Source of the DNA: a virus
Taxonomy: Duplodnaviria > Caudoviricetes
IMG/VR virus record: IMGVR_UViG_3300043772_001631
Location: 1-30,414 of that record
Direction: 5' to 3' (one strand)
Length of the DNA stretch: 30,414 bases
A program made the position numbers and the translations under genes. Below the pieces are notes generated by a model. That model was not told the DNA's origin. It made no database searches and saw nothing but the letters and a program-made list of their open reading frames with translations. This document shows, one piece after another, positions 18,975 to 26,781 of the stretch (within the stretch, counting starts at the first letter, position 1; every line of letters begins with the position of its first letter).

Positions 18975-20388
18975 AAGTTATCTTTTTTATAGCATTTAAA
19001 ATTTTATTATCATCATCAAATCTTGTACAAGGCGGCCTAAGCGCATTTACTGGACAATGTTTGCCAACCACATCCATTGCATCATGCCAACAAAAGGGCG
19101 TATCACATACTTTTTTATCGTGATTGTGTATCCAAACTATATGATCCATATTTGGATGAATATATCTTAAATCAACACTTCCTGAAAAAATAATTGATGG
19201 AATATTAAACCCAGCAGCAATATGAGATATTCCAGAATCTATACCAATAAACATATCTGAACTTGCCACTACCCACATTAAAAATTGTGTAGATGGTGTA
19301 TTTATCCTTATAGCTCCGGGTATATCATATCCATTAGTGCCTACTTGAAAAACAGAATAACCTCTATTATTTAAATCTTTGCATATTAAAGGCCAATTAA
19401 CATCATATATATTTCTAAATGGTTCTCTAATGTCTGCATGGATAATGCAATATTTTTCAAATATCTTTATATCTGCTTTATAATTCTGATAAAGACTCAG
19501 TCTTGGGTTTCTTATTATGCCATTATTAATTCCAGCAAATTCATAATAACTTTTAAGATGTAATTCTTTTGGATTAGACTCATAAGACATATCTAAGTTA
19601 ATAAACTTATAAGAAAGTCTTTTATTATCAATTTCGTCAAAAAATTCAATCTTATAATAATGCTGTCTAAATATTTCTTTAAATTGTGGTAATGTGTGAA
19701 GAACAACCCTGTAACCATTTTCGTAAAAATGTCTTAACACTGGCTCAACTCCAATAACATCGCCCATAGCTCCCATTCTTTGAATTACCACTATTTCTTT
19801 AAACTCTGGATGAAATCTACCATGAAATCCAAATGTTTTATTTTTGGGTTCTTTTAACTCAAAGGAAAAGCCCTCAGCTATTTCATCAGTTGCCCATTTA
19901 AAACCATAATTACCTTCTAAATATCTTCTATATATTCTGCATATTGAAACATCTTCTGGAGTATATATTTCTATAATCTCATCCTTTCCCAGTGCTTCGC
20001 ATAGCTTTTTTGATCTCCAAGAAAAACCTCCGTTCCCATTATTTAAACCATCTCTTTCATTCCATAAAGCACCACAATAATCATACAAATAAAGCCTTTC
20101 ATCAAACAATTCACCATTTAATACATATCCATCATGTTGAATTAATAAAACAAAATCCGTATCAATGTATTTATATAATTCTTTAATGCAAAACTTACTA
20201 TATTCATCAACACTTCTTATTTCAGGAATTATTATTGTTTCAACTCCATCTATATGAATATTTGATGTAGTAAGAAACTTGCACTGGGTTGGCTTTACTT
20301 GTTCAAGTGTTTTTTTTAAAGCAATTGTGGCTTCTCCAACATTAACTGTATCTACGCAAATTATTGTAACGTTTTCTAATGTTGTCAT
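18943..20388 (-). CDS. Bifunctional glycosyltransferase: DUF5672-like GT-A domain fused to a GT9-like domain
   Basis: N-half: FVLLIQHDG, YDYCGA, GNGGFSWRS, PEDV, FGFH. C-half: GAMGDV, FIGIDSGISHIAAGFNIP and a Cys-rich tail. Confidence 0.8.
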   Translation of the reverse strand: MTTLENVTIICVDTVNVGEATIALKKTLEQVKPTQCKFLTTSNIHIDGVETIIIPEIRSVDEYSKFCIKELYKYIDTDFVLLIQHDGYVLNGELFDERLYLYDYCGALWNERDGLNNGNGGFSWRSKKLCEALGKDEIIEIYTPEDVSICRIYRRYLEGNYGFKWATDEIAEGFSFELKEPKNKTFGFHGRFHPEFKEIVVIQRMGAMGDVIGVEPVLRHFYENGYRVVLHTLPQFKEIFRQHYYKIEFFDEIDNKRLSYKFINLDMSYESNPKELHLKSYYEFAGINNGIIRNPRLSLYQNYKADIKIFEKYCIIHADIREPFRNIYDVNWPLICKDLNNRGYSVFQVGTNGYDIPGAIRINTPSTQFLMWVVASSDMFIGIDSGISHIAAGFNIPSIIFSGSVDLRYIHPNMDHIVWIHNHDKKVCDTPFCWHDAMDVVGKHCPVNALRPPCTRFDDDNKILNAIKKITYEQSLWGSVN

Positions 20389-20519
20389 TATTTAGGATTT
20401 GATTTATGAACTGCTTTTAATCTTTTGTATATTACTTTTGCTTGTTCTGGTGTTTGATTATTATTTACCGCAATTGCAGCAGCTAATCTTCTTAATTTTT
20501 TACTTGCTTTTTTATTCAT
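20388..20519 (-). CDS. Small basic hypothetical protein (43 aa; not in the track)
   Basis: MNKKASKKLRRLAAAIAVNNNQTPEQAKVIYKRLKAVHKSNPK, with a TAATG overlap into the next gene. Confidence 0.7.
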   Translation of the reverse strand: MNKKASKKLRRLAAAIAVNNNQTPEQAKVIYKRLKAVHKSNPK

Positions 20520-20520
20520 T

Positions 20521-20796
20521 TTAATCTGCTTTACTGTGTCTTTTTCTGAAAAATCCATTATACTGAGGAAATTCTTTCATAAACTTCCTAGCATAAAATG
20601 GCTTTGCGTTGTTATTAATTTTAAAATCACCCTCAGCTGTTATAGGAGTTTCCCACCTAATTGCATTGAAAATAAATTCTGCCGATAAATTTTTATGTCC
20701 TCTTTGTATTGCAGTCAATGAATATTTTTTAAAAAATTCATAAATCTGAGGATTTTCTTCATCGTAATACTCAAACCATTCTTTTTGATCATTCAT
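20521..20796 (-). CDS. Conserved phage hypothetical protein
   Basis: 91 aa with NP..Y..F, IRWET and FKINNN...YAR motifs, as seen in a widespread phage family of unknown function. Confidence 0.7.
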   Translation of the reverse strand: MNDQKEWFEYYDEENPQIYEFFKKYSLTAIQRGHKNLSAEFIFNAIRWETPITAEGDFKINNNAKPFYARKFMKEFPQYNGFFRKRHSKAD

Positions 20797-20798
20797 AA

Positions 20799-20939
20799 TT
20801 AAAATATATGTGAATCATCAGAATCAAACCATTTTTGTTTTTTTTCTTTATGATTACTGTTACTTAATAAAACTAAATATATAGACATAAAAATCAAAAT
20901 AGGGCTAAGAATTAATACTATAGTAAATAAATCTTTCAT
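20799..20939 (-). CDS. Small single-pass membrane protein (46 aa; not in the track)
   Basis: MKDLFTIVLILSPILIFMSIYLVLLSNSNHKEKKQKWFDSDDSHIF, with an ATGA overlap with the upstream ORF. Confidence 0.65.
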   Translation of the reverse strand: MKDLFTIVLILSPILIFMSIYLVLLSNSNHKEKKQKWFDSDDSHIF

Positions 20940-21058
20940 CGTCCTTGTCCTCTATATTGTTTTGGTTTAGGGGAATGTTTATTATAAGATTTTTTAGCAT
21001 TACCTCTTTTTCTTTTACCAAATGTTATTTTTTGAGAGTCTGATTTTGCTTTAGCCAT
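20936..21058 (-). CDS. Small basic peptide ending YRGQGR (40 aa; not in the track)
   Basis: MAKAKSDSQKITFGKRKRGNAKKSYNKHSPKPKQYRGQGR, preceded by an A-rich start region. Confidence 0.8.
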   Translation of the reverse strand: MAKAKSDSQKITFGKRKRGNAKKSYNKHSPKPKQYRGQGR

Positions 21059-21086
21059 TTTTTATAAATTTAATTTTTAATGAATA

Positions 21087-21116
21087 AGTTGGAATAGTAA
21101 AGTTACCACTCCAACT
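21087..21116 (-). terminator. Long hairpin after ssb (weak terminator or stability element)
   Basis: Minus strand AGTTGGAGTGGTA-ACTT-TACTATTCCAACT with G-U pairs that work only on this strand. Poor U-tract. Confidence 0.55.
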
Positions 21117-21129
21117 GTAATTGCTGAAA

Positions 21130-21522
21130 TTAAAATAAGGGTTGTTCGTCAGTTTGTTCATATCCATTTGGTTGACTTAAAAAATCATTGTTTGTTTGGG
21201 TTTTCCCACTTGATAATAATTGTATGCTTGCGACTCTTACTGCTAGCTGTGGCATTACTTCATTTGTATTGCTGTTTCTGTATGTTTTAGCCTCTGGGTA
21301 TCCATCAACATAAACTTGAGTACCCTTTTTTAAATACAAAGCTAGATTAACTTTATCAGTCCAATAAGCGCATGAAGCCCAAGTTGTTCTGTTTACTTCA
21401 GCTCCTTCTTTGTTTTTGTACTTTTCAGAATGTGCCACCGAAAAATTAATAACTTTTCTACCGTTTACATCATTTACCGTAGCATCTTGTCCTAAGTGTC
21501 CGATTAATTGTAATTTGATCAT
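21130..21522 (-). CDS. ssb: Single-stranded DNA-binding protein
   Basis: MIKLQLIGHLGQDA...FSVAHSE...YLKKGTQVYVDG and acidic C-tail DEQPLF. Likely start 21522. Confidence 0.93.
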   Translation of the reverse strand: MIKLQLIGHLGQDATVNDVNGRKVINFSVAHSEKYKNKEGAEVNRTTWASCAYWTDKVNLALYLKKGTQVYVDGYPEAKTYRNSNTNEVMPQLAVRVASIQLLSSGKTQTNNDFLSQPNGYEQTDEQPLF

Positions 21523-21538
21523 CTTTTTTTGTTTATAA

Positions 21539-23392
21539 TTAAAAAATATTTTCTTCTGAAAATGGCATCCAGCCATCTTGTTCTAATGTTTGTTGAGTAG
21601 GTTGTTTTGGTTTAAAATCTATATTCTTTTGGTTTAATAAAAGCTGCAAAGAATCAATACCGGTAAAGAAAAATCTCCTTGTTTTAAAAACCATCTCAAA
21701 TACCGTAAAACCTTTCTTACCTACGATTTTTTGCCTTCTAATTTTCTTACTATGGAATTCGCAAGTGGGGTTCTGCGGATCTGTTTGAGCAAATGGTCTA
21801 TGATAAACCAAAATATTATCCATCTTGTTATTCCACATTGCCCCATCGGTCAAATCAAATACATCTGGGCAAGGATAGTTTCCATCTCCAGCTTTAGCCA
21901 TCTTAATTGGGTGAGCTATAATCCAAAAGAAAACATTATTCACTTGAGCAAATCTTGAGAATACCGATAATACCCACTCTAAATACTTATCACTTCTTGA
22001 AAACTTCTGGTATTCATTTGTTAACTGGTTAAATGGATCAATATCCACACCATCTACATTTTCTTTAATGATTAACTCCAAAAATACTTCCATGATATAT
22101 TGCGGAGTTGGTGAAACATCCTTTGGGTAAACATAAAATATGTGCTTACAAACCATATCATACACTTGTTCATAAACTTGTCTTGAAGGTCTGTGTGGAT
22201 TATTAGGACTGCAATCGCAACCCAAAATAATTTCTACAAAATCGTGATAGTATTCTTCTGGTGGGTTATCTTCTGGTGAAAATGTTGCAAACTTTTCTCC
22301 GTACAATAAAATCCTCATTGCTTGATACCACTTCTTAAATGATGACTTTCCGTAGTTACCAATACCTGTAAGAACTGTAATCTCGCCTCTTTTTGGCTTA
22401 AATCTTTCATCAATATCTGGTATATTTATACCATCTACTTGAGCATAACCATTATCGTAAATGCTTAACGCCTGCTCTTTTACATCAATTCCATAAATAA
22501 CATCTTTTAACTTGATCCCCTCGTCAAATACAGCCTTTTCAACCTCAACTTCTTTTCTTGTAACTTTATCTACCAATTGCTCTTTATCAAAATTTGCACT
22601 ACCAAATCTTGATGCGTTCGCACGATATGCTGATGCAATCGCTTTATCTGCTTCTCTTTTCGTAAACTCTGAATTACTAATAAACTCATTATGAATCATA
22701 CCATTTGCAGTAATCTCGTGTATTCCAAATCGGCAGCAAGCTGAAGCAAGTTTAAAAATAAAATTATTCCTTTCCCCAGTAACAAAAGCCTCGTTCTTAT
22801 TGGAAAGCCAAGTCAAAATGTTCTTGAAAATCTTTTGGTCGTCTGCCGTTCTTTCGTAGGTAACAACTTTTTCAATTTTCTTAACCTTTTTGAAAACCTC
22901 AGCTTTTTCGTTTATGTAAATTTCAGGATCATAACTCTCATAACAAACACGACTGGGGTTAATACCACTTCTATCTAAATTACCAAAAACCTCTTGCAAT
23001 GCTTGGAAATGCTCTCTATGTTTTAAACCATCCGCAATTTTAACCAAAGCTTTTAATCCATTCCCAGAAGGGCTAACCCAACAAGCATAAACAAATGGTT
23101 GGGATATAATTTCGGTTTGCCTATCTCTAAGCTCGTAAACATTGTCAAAATCTAGGACAATAAATCCACTATGCTCAATAAGGTCAACATCTTGCCTATT
23201 TGCACCGAATTTCCCACTAAAACAAACGGATGGCAAATTCTTTTTAAGATTATCAGCCTTGTCCTTGTCTAGTGTATTTCTTATTTCTTCTACAGCAGCT
23301 TTACTAACTCCATTTTTTATCCTATCTAAGCAATATTCAACGGTTCTATAATTGGGTTCTTTAGAATAAATGTTCTTAAAAATTGTTATCAT
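21539..23392 (-). CDS. Primase-helicase fusion (VirE-N/BT4734-like prim-pol + PriCT + DnaB-like SF4 helicase)
   Basis: KKNLP, HSGFIVLDFD, SPSGNGLK, GERNN (PriCT), Walker A GIGNYGKS, IDPFN, IIAHP. Confidence 0.85.
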   Translation of the reverse strand: MITIFKNIYSKEPNYRTVEYCLDRIKNGVSKAAVEEIRNTLDKDKADNLKKNLPSVCFSGKFGANRQDVDLIEHSGFIVLDFDNVYELRDRQTEIISQPFVYACWVSPSGNGLKALVKIADGLKHREHFQALQEVFGNLDRSGINPSRVCYESYDPEIYINEKAEVFKKVKKIEKVVTYERTADDQKIFKNILTWLSNKNEAFVTGERNNFIFKLASACCRFGIHEITANGMIHNEFISNSEFTKREADKAIASAYRANASRFGSANFDKEQLVDKVTRKEVEVEKAVFDEGIKLKDVIYGIDVKEQALSIYDNGYAQVDGINIPDIDERFKPKRGEITVLTGIGNYGKSSFKKWYQAMRILLYGEKFATFSPEDNPPEEYYHDFVEIILGCDCSPNNPHRPSRQVYEQVYDMVCKHIFYVYPKDVSPTPQYIMEVFLELIIKENVDGVDIDPFNQLTNEYQKFSRSDKYLEWVLSVFSRFAQVNNVFFWIIAHPIKMAKAGDGNYPCPDVFDLTDGAMWNNKMDNILVYHRPFAQTDPQNPTCEFHSKKIRRQKIVGKKGFTVFEMVFKTRRFFFTGIDSLQLLLNQKNIDFKPKQPTQQTLEQDGWMPFSEENIF

Positions 23393-24078
23393 CAGTAATC
23401 TTGTGGTTTAAAGGCTTTTCTAGCCGCTTCTAATTGATTTTGATATGTATTACCATTTTTAGAAAATCCTGTCTTATTTTGCCTCTTAACGGCATCTACG
23501 ACCCATCTTTTGATAGTTAGGTAATCAGATTTTGTTTTATAAGACTTTTCGATCTTGTAAGCGGAAAGGTAATCATACATTTCAGAAACTTCTTTTTCGC
23601 CAAATTCAGTAATTAAATTCGTATTTTCTTTTTCGGACAAAGAAACGTTATCCCTATAATATATTTTATTTCCTTTTATTTCCTTTCCTTTCCTTTCCTT
23701 TTTAGCATTGCCTTCGGATTGCGTTTGCAATGCGTTCGCATTTTCCCATCTATAACTTGCTGATTTTCTTGCACTTTCGCTTTTACTATTTCTTTGATCT
23801 AATCTTTCTTGTACAGAATTACTACCAAAAAAATCACCGTTAAAAACGAATAAATCAAAGTCATTTATTACGGACGCTACAATTTCGCTATCCGACCTTA
23901 AATCATACGCAATGCCATCGTAATCCGTTCGCAATGCGTTCGCATTATTATATAAATCTTCAATTATAGCCCAGAAAACGCCATATCCTTGCATCCCATG
24001 TTTTCTAATCAACCTCTTTATCTTTTCATCATTACGAACATTATAGTCGTGTGAGAAATAAAATGTATCTTTTGGCAT
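23392..24078 (-). CDS. Replication initiator, DUF4373 / Lin1244-like N-terminal domain
   Basis: YFSHDYNVRNDEKI...GYGVFWAIIEDL, a basic linker KERKGKEIKG, internal tandem repeats, and coupling to the helicase gene. Confidence 0.75.
   Translation of the reverse strand: MPKDTFYFSHDYNVRNDEKIKRLIRKHGMQGYGVFWAIIEDLYNNANALRTDYDGIAYDLRSDSEIVASVINDFDLFVFNGDFFGSNSVQERLDQRNSKSESARKSASYRWENANALQTQSEGNAKKERKGKEIKGNKIYYRDNVSLSEKENTNLITEFGEKEVSEMYDYLSAYKIEKSYKTKSDYLTIKRWVVDAVKRQNKTGFSKNGNTYQNQLEAARKAFKPQDY
23660..23946. repeat. Putative replication origin: two clusters of 11-bp iterons plus a pyrimidine/AT-rich tract inside the initiator gene
   Basis: 23705-23742 gcattgccttc|ggattgcgttt|gcaatgcgttc|gcatt and 23909-23946 gcaatgccatc|gtaatccgttc|gcaatgcgttc|gcatt, with an adjacent (TTTCC)n tract at ~23668-23703. 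Confidence 0.65.
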
Positions 24079-24091
24079 TTTTTATGCTTTC

Positions 24092-24289
24092 TTAATAGTT
24101 AATAAAATCGGTATCTAATACTCTATTTATTTTTGCTAGGTTTGAATCTGACAAAGCAAAATTCTTTTGTTTAAAAACTGAATAAAGGGTTGCGTAAGGT
24201 ATTTCTGTTTTGTTGGAAAGCCAAGCCAATGGGCGTTCTATGCTTTCAAGATGATCCATAATCTCATCTCTAACATCCTTTTTTTCCAT
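24092..24289 (-). CDS. Cro/XRE-like helix-turn-helix regulator
   Basis: 65 aa, LAWLSNKTEIPYATLYSV HTH pattern, first gene of the leftward operon. Confidence 0.7.
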   Translation of the reverse strand: MEKKDVRDEIMDHLESIERPLAWLSNKTEIPYATLYSVFKQKNFALSDSNLAKINRVLDTDFINY

Positions 24290-24362
24290 AAATTTTTTGA
24301 TTGTTTATACAAAGTAAAATATAATAATTGATATTGTGAAATTTTTTTTCGCAAATTTTTAT

Positions 24363-24393
24363 TTTGTTTTAAAAAATTAAATAAATACCTTTG
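24363..24393 (+). promoter_or_regulatory. Full Bacteroidota sigma-A consensus promoter
   Basis: TTTG (24363-66) - N19 - TACCTTTG (24386-93), 14 nt before ATG 24408. Confidence 0.8.
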
Positions 24394-24407
24394 AAAAAAT
24401 TAAGATT

Positions 24408-24608
24408 ATGACACCAAAAGAAAAGGCAAAAGAAATTTATACCACATTTAAATTTGAACTTGATTTTTATATAGATAAAAAAAATAGTGAATTATGCGCT
24501 AAATATTTTTCTATGTTTTCTGTTAATCAAATTTTAAAAGCTCATTTATATGATGAATCAGAAAATAAATATTGGTTTGATGTAATAAAAGAAATTCAAG
24601 AATTATAA
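24408..24608 (+). CDS. Hypothetical protein (MTPKEKAKE family of Bacteroidota phages)
   Basis: 66 aa, MTPKEKAKE...YW.DV.KEI. Confidence 0.7.
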   Translation: MTPKEKAKEIYTTFKFELDFYIDKKNSELCAKYFSMFSVNQILKAHLYDESENKYWFDVIKEIQEL

Positions 24609-24778
24609 TGGAAAACGCTGATTTAGTATATGAAATGGCTAGAAAATTAGATATGGTAATTGAAGTAACTAAAGAAGGTAAGTATATTGGTAAGTATAAA
24701 TTTATAGATGGTAAACTGCATAAATTAAAAGAAGATGAGAAACTCGACAATAATAGTAAAAAAGAAGAAGTGCGCTAA
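24608..24778 (+). CDS. Hypothetical protein (56 aa; not in the track)
   Basis: MENADLVYEMARKLDMVIEVTKEGKYIGKYKFIDGKLHKLKEDEKLDNNSKKEEVR, with a TAATG overlap. Confidence 0.7.
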   Translation: MENADLVYEMARKLDMVIEVTKEGKYIGKYKFIDGKLHKLKEDEKLDNNSKKEEVR

Positions 24779-25280
24779 TTGTGGCAAGATTGATTACCAC
24801 TTTTCAAATAAAATGTGCAAGCAATGCGCAACAATACATAGTACACAAAAACGTATGGAAGAATTTGAAGAAGATGGAGAAAGCTTCCAGTATTTAGTAT
24901 CTGACCTTGATAGAATATTTAGTCAGTATATTAGAAATAAACACGCAGATAAACATGGCGTTGTATTATGTTATACTTGTGATGAAAAAATGACAATACC
25001 AGAAAGCCAGTGTGGCCATTTTATACCAAGATCAAATTTAGGTACAAGATGGATGGAACAAAATTGCAGACCCCAGTGTATGGAATGTAATTGTTACCAA
25101 TTTGGGAACTTAGAAGAATATGAAAATAAATTACACACAGAAAATAGCGGATTAGTAGAATATCTTCAAGAAACCGCAAGACAAGTAACTAAACCAACTA
25201 AAGATGAGCTTAAATCTTTGATCATTGAATACAGGTCAAAGCTAAACCTAGTAAAAAAGAAATTTATAAATAAAAATTAG
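24735..25280 (+). CDS. ninG: NinG/Rap-like recombination endonuclease with an extra N-terminal zinc finger
   Basis: LDRIFSQYIR...CYTC...QCGHFIPR...TRWMEQNCRPQCMECN, plus CANC..CKQC at the N-terminus. Confidence 0.8.
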   Translation: MRNSTIIVKKKKCANCGKIDYHFSNKMCKQCATIHSTQKRMEEFEEDGESFQYLVSDLDRIFSQYIRNKHADKHGVVLCYTCDEKMTIPESQCGHFIPRSNLGTRWMEQNCRPQCMECNCYQFGNLEEYENKLHTENSGLVEYLQETARQVTKPTKDELKSLIIEYRSKLNLVKKKFINKN

Positions 25281-25331
25281 TATTTTTACAGAGGTAATCA
25301 GTTTTTTAGTTTTTTAGTTAGTTAAAACGAT

Positions 25332-25359
25332 ACCCCTATATTCTTATAGGGGTTTTTTT
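25332..25359 (+). terminator. Intrinsic terminator
   Basis: ACCCCTATA-TTCT-TATAGGGGT-TTTTTT. Confidence 0.9.
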
Positions 25360-25363
25360 ATAC

Positions 25364-25394
25364 AAAAAGGCCGCCAACGTAGAAACGTAGCGGC
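25364..25394 (-). terminator. Intrinsic terminator on the minus strand, converging on the previous one
   Basis: Minus strand GCCGCT-ACGT-TTCT-ACGT-T-GGCGGC-CTTTTT. Confidence 0.7.
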
Positions 25395-25486
25395 GATTAA
25401 TTGCTTAAACCTTACTATGCTTAAAATAAAATTAATAATTTTTATGTTTTTAATAAAATTTATTTTTTTAATTAAATAAATTAATT

Positions 25487-25494
25487 TAATTTTG
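25487..25494 (+). promoter_or_regulatory. -7 promoter element (TAATTTTG) for the exonuclease operon
   Basis: TAnnTTTG 18 nt upstream of ATG 25513. Confidence 0.6.
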
Positions 25495-25512
25495 GTAAAC
25501 AAATAAATAAAA

Positions 25513-25710
25513 ATGGCAAGATTAGTAAGTCCAGATTCAGTATCTAGCAAGGTGGCAAGCCTTAAAATTGGAGAAACGATAAGATTAGATAATCCTTATT
25601 CTTCAGTAGCGGTAATGATTTCATTTTTAAAGAAAAAGCAAGAGCATCAAGATAAAATTTTTAAGATTAAAGTAATAAATAACGTAACTACAGTAACTAG
25701 AAGATTATAA
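25513..25710 (+). CDS. Small basic hypothetical protein, possibly DNA-binding
   Basis: 65 aa, A-rich start region, first gene after a promoter. Confidence 0.65.
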   Translation: MARLVSPDSVSSKVASLKIGETIRLDNPYSSVAVMISFLKKKQEHQDKIFKIKVINNVTTVTRRL

Positions 25711-25711
25711 T

Positions 25712-26056
25712 ATGCATATTCAAACTATTAATTACCAAAAGACATTTAATTTAGGAAACTATTCTTCTGAAAAAATAGGAGTTGAGATAGTTTTAAACGC
25801 TGGAGAAGATGCTAAGCAAGCATTAGACACAGCAAAAGCACTGGTAGAGGAATACCACAAAGAAAACTTCAAAGAAGTTATTCAAGAACCAGAAATAGTA
25901 GTATCACCAGAACAAGAAGTAGATAACACTATGGCTTTTATTGATTCTTGCAAGACTGAAGGAGAATTAAGAGAAGTTTATTTGATGTGCCAAAAGAACC
26001 CAGTGCTTAAAAGTTATTATGATCTTAAAATTGCCACCTTTAAAACTAAAAAATAA
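25712..26056 (+). CDS. Hypothetical protein coupled to the exonuclease gene
   Basis: 114 aa, KTFNLGNYSSEKIGVE motif, TAATG overlap. Confidence 0.7.
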   Translation: MHIQTINYQKTFNLGNYSSEKIGVEIVLNAGEDAKQALDTAKALVEEYHKENFKEVIQEPEIVVSPEQEVDNTMAFIDSCKTEGELREVYLMCQKNPVLKSYYDLKIATFKTKK

Positions 26057-26781
26057 TGATTAATTTTTCTGAAACCCTTATTAGGGCAAGTTCTGTTGGT
26101 TATTTAATGACAGATCCACAATCAAAAGCAGATAAAGAAGCTGGTATGCTTTCTAAAACTGCACAAAGACATTTGCTAGATGTTTACATTGCTGAGAAGT
26201 ATGGTCGCAAACGCGATATACAAACAAAACAAATGAAAAAAGGCGTTGAAGTAGAAGATGAATCGATAGGTTTATTAAATAAATTATGGGAAACTAACTA
26301 TAAAAAAAATCAAGAGAGATATTCTAATGGTTTTATTACTGGACATCCAGATATTTTAGATAGTAATAAGGTTATTGATATAAAATCAAGCTATGATTTG
26401 TGGACTTTTTTAGGAAACCTTCCGGATAAATTAGATAACTTGTACTATTGGCAATTAATGTCTTATATGTGGCTTACTGGAGCAACAAAAGGCTATATTG
26501 CATACTGTTTATCTAACACTCCATTTGGCATAGTTGAGCAAGAGAAAAGATATTTATTAAATAGAATGGATGTTATATCAGAAGAAAGCCCAGAGTATCT
26601 AAAGGAAGCAAATAAACTAGAATTTAACATGACTTTTGATGATATTGATATAGCAGAAAGAGTTTTAGTGTTTACGGTAGAAAGAAACGAAGATGATATT
26701 GTAAGAATTCAAAACAGAGTAGAAAAGGCAAGAGAATTTTTACACGAAATTGAATTAACGCATTTAAATTTTAACAAATAG
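26056..26781 (+). CDS. YqaJ / lambda-exonuclease family nuclease
   Basis: IRASS, MKKGVEVE, TGHPD, DIKSS and YYWQLMSYM (PD-(D/E)xK motifs). Confidence 0.85.
   Translation: MINFSETLIRASSVGYLMTDPQSKADKEAGMLSKTAQRHLLDVYIAEKYGRKRDIQTKQMKKGVEVEDESIGLLNKLWETNYKKNQERYSNGFITGHPDILDSNKVIDIKSSYDLWTFLGNLPDKLDNLYYWQLMSYMWLTGATKGYIAYCLSNTPFGIVEQEKRYLLNRMDVISEESPEYLKEANKLEFNMTFDDIDIAERVLVFTVERNEDDIVRIQNRVEKAREFLHEIELTHLNFNK

Noticed and set aside
24334-24354. Imperfect inverted repeat TTGTGAAA-N5-TTTCGCAA between divergent promoters as a Cro operator
   Set aside because: Single copy in a very AT-rich context; plausible but not supportable.
25417-25479. 20-aa hydrophobic ORF MLKIKLIIFMFLIKFIFLIK as a type I toxin
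   Set aside because: The composition is what a nearly pure A/T promoter region gives by chance, and there is no independent support.
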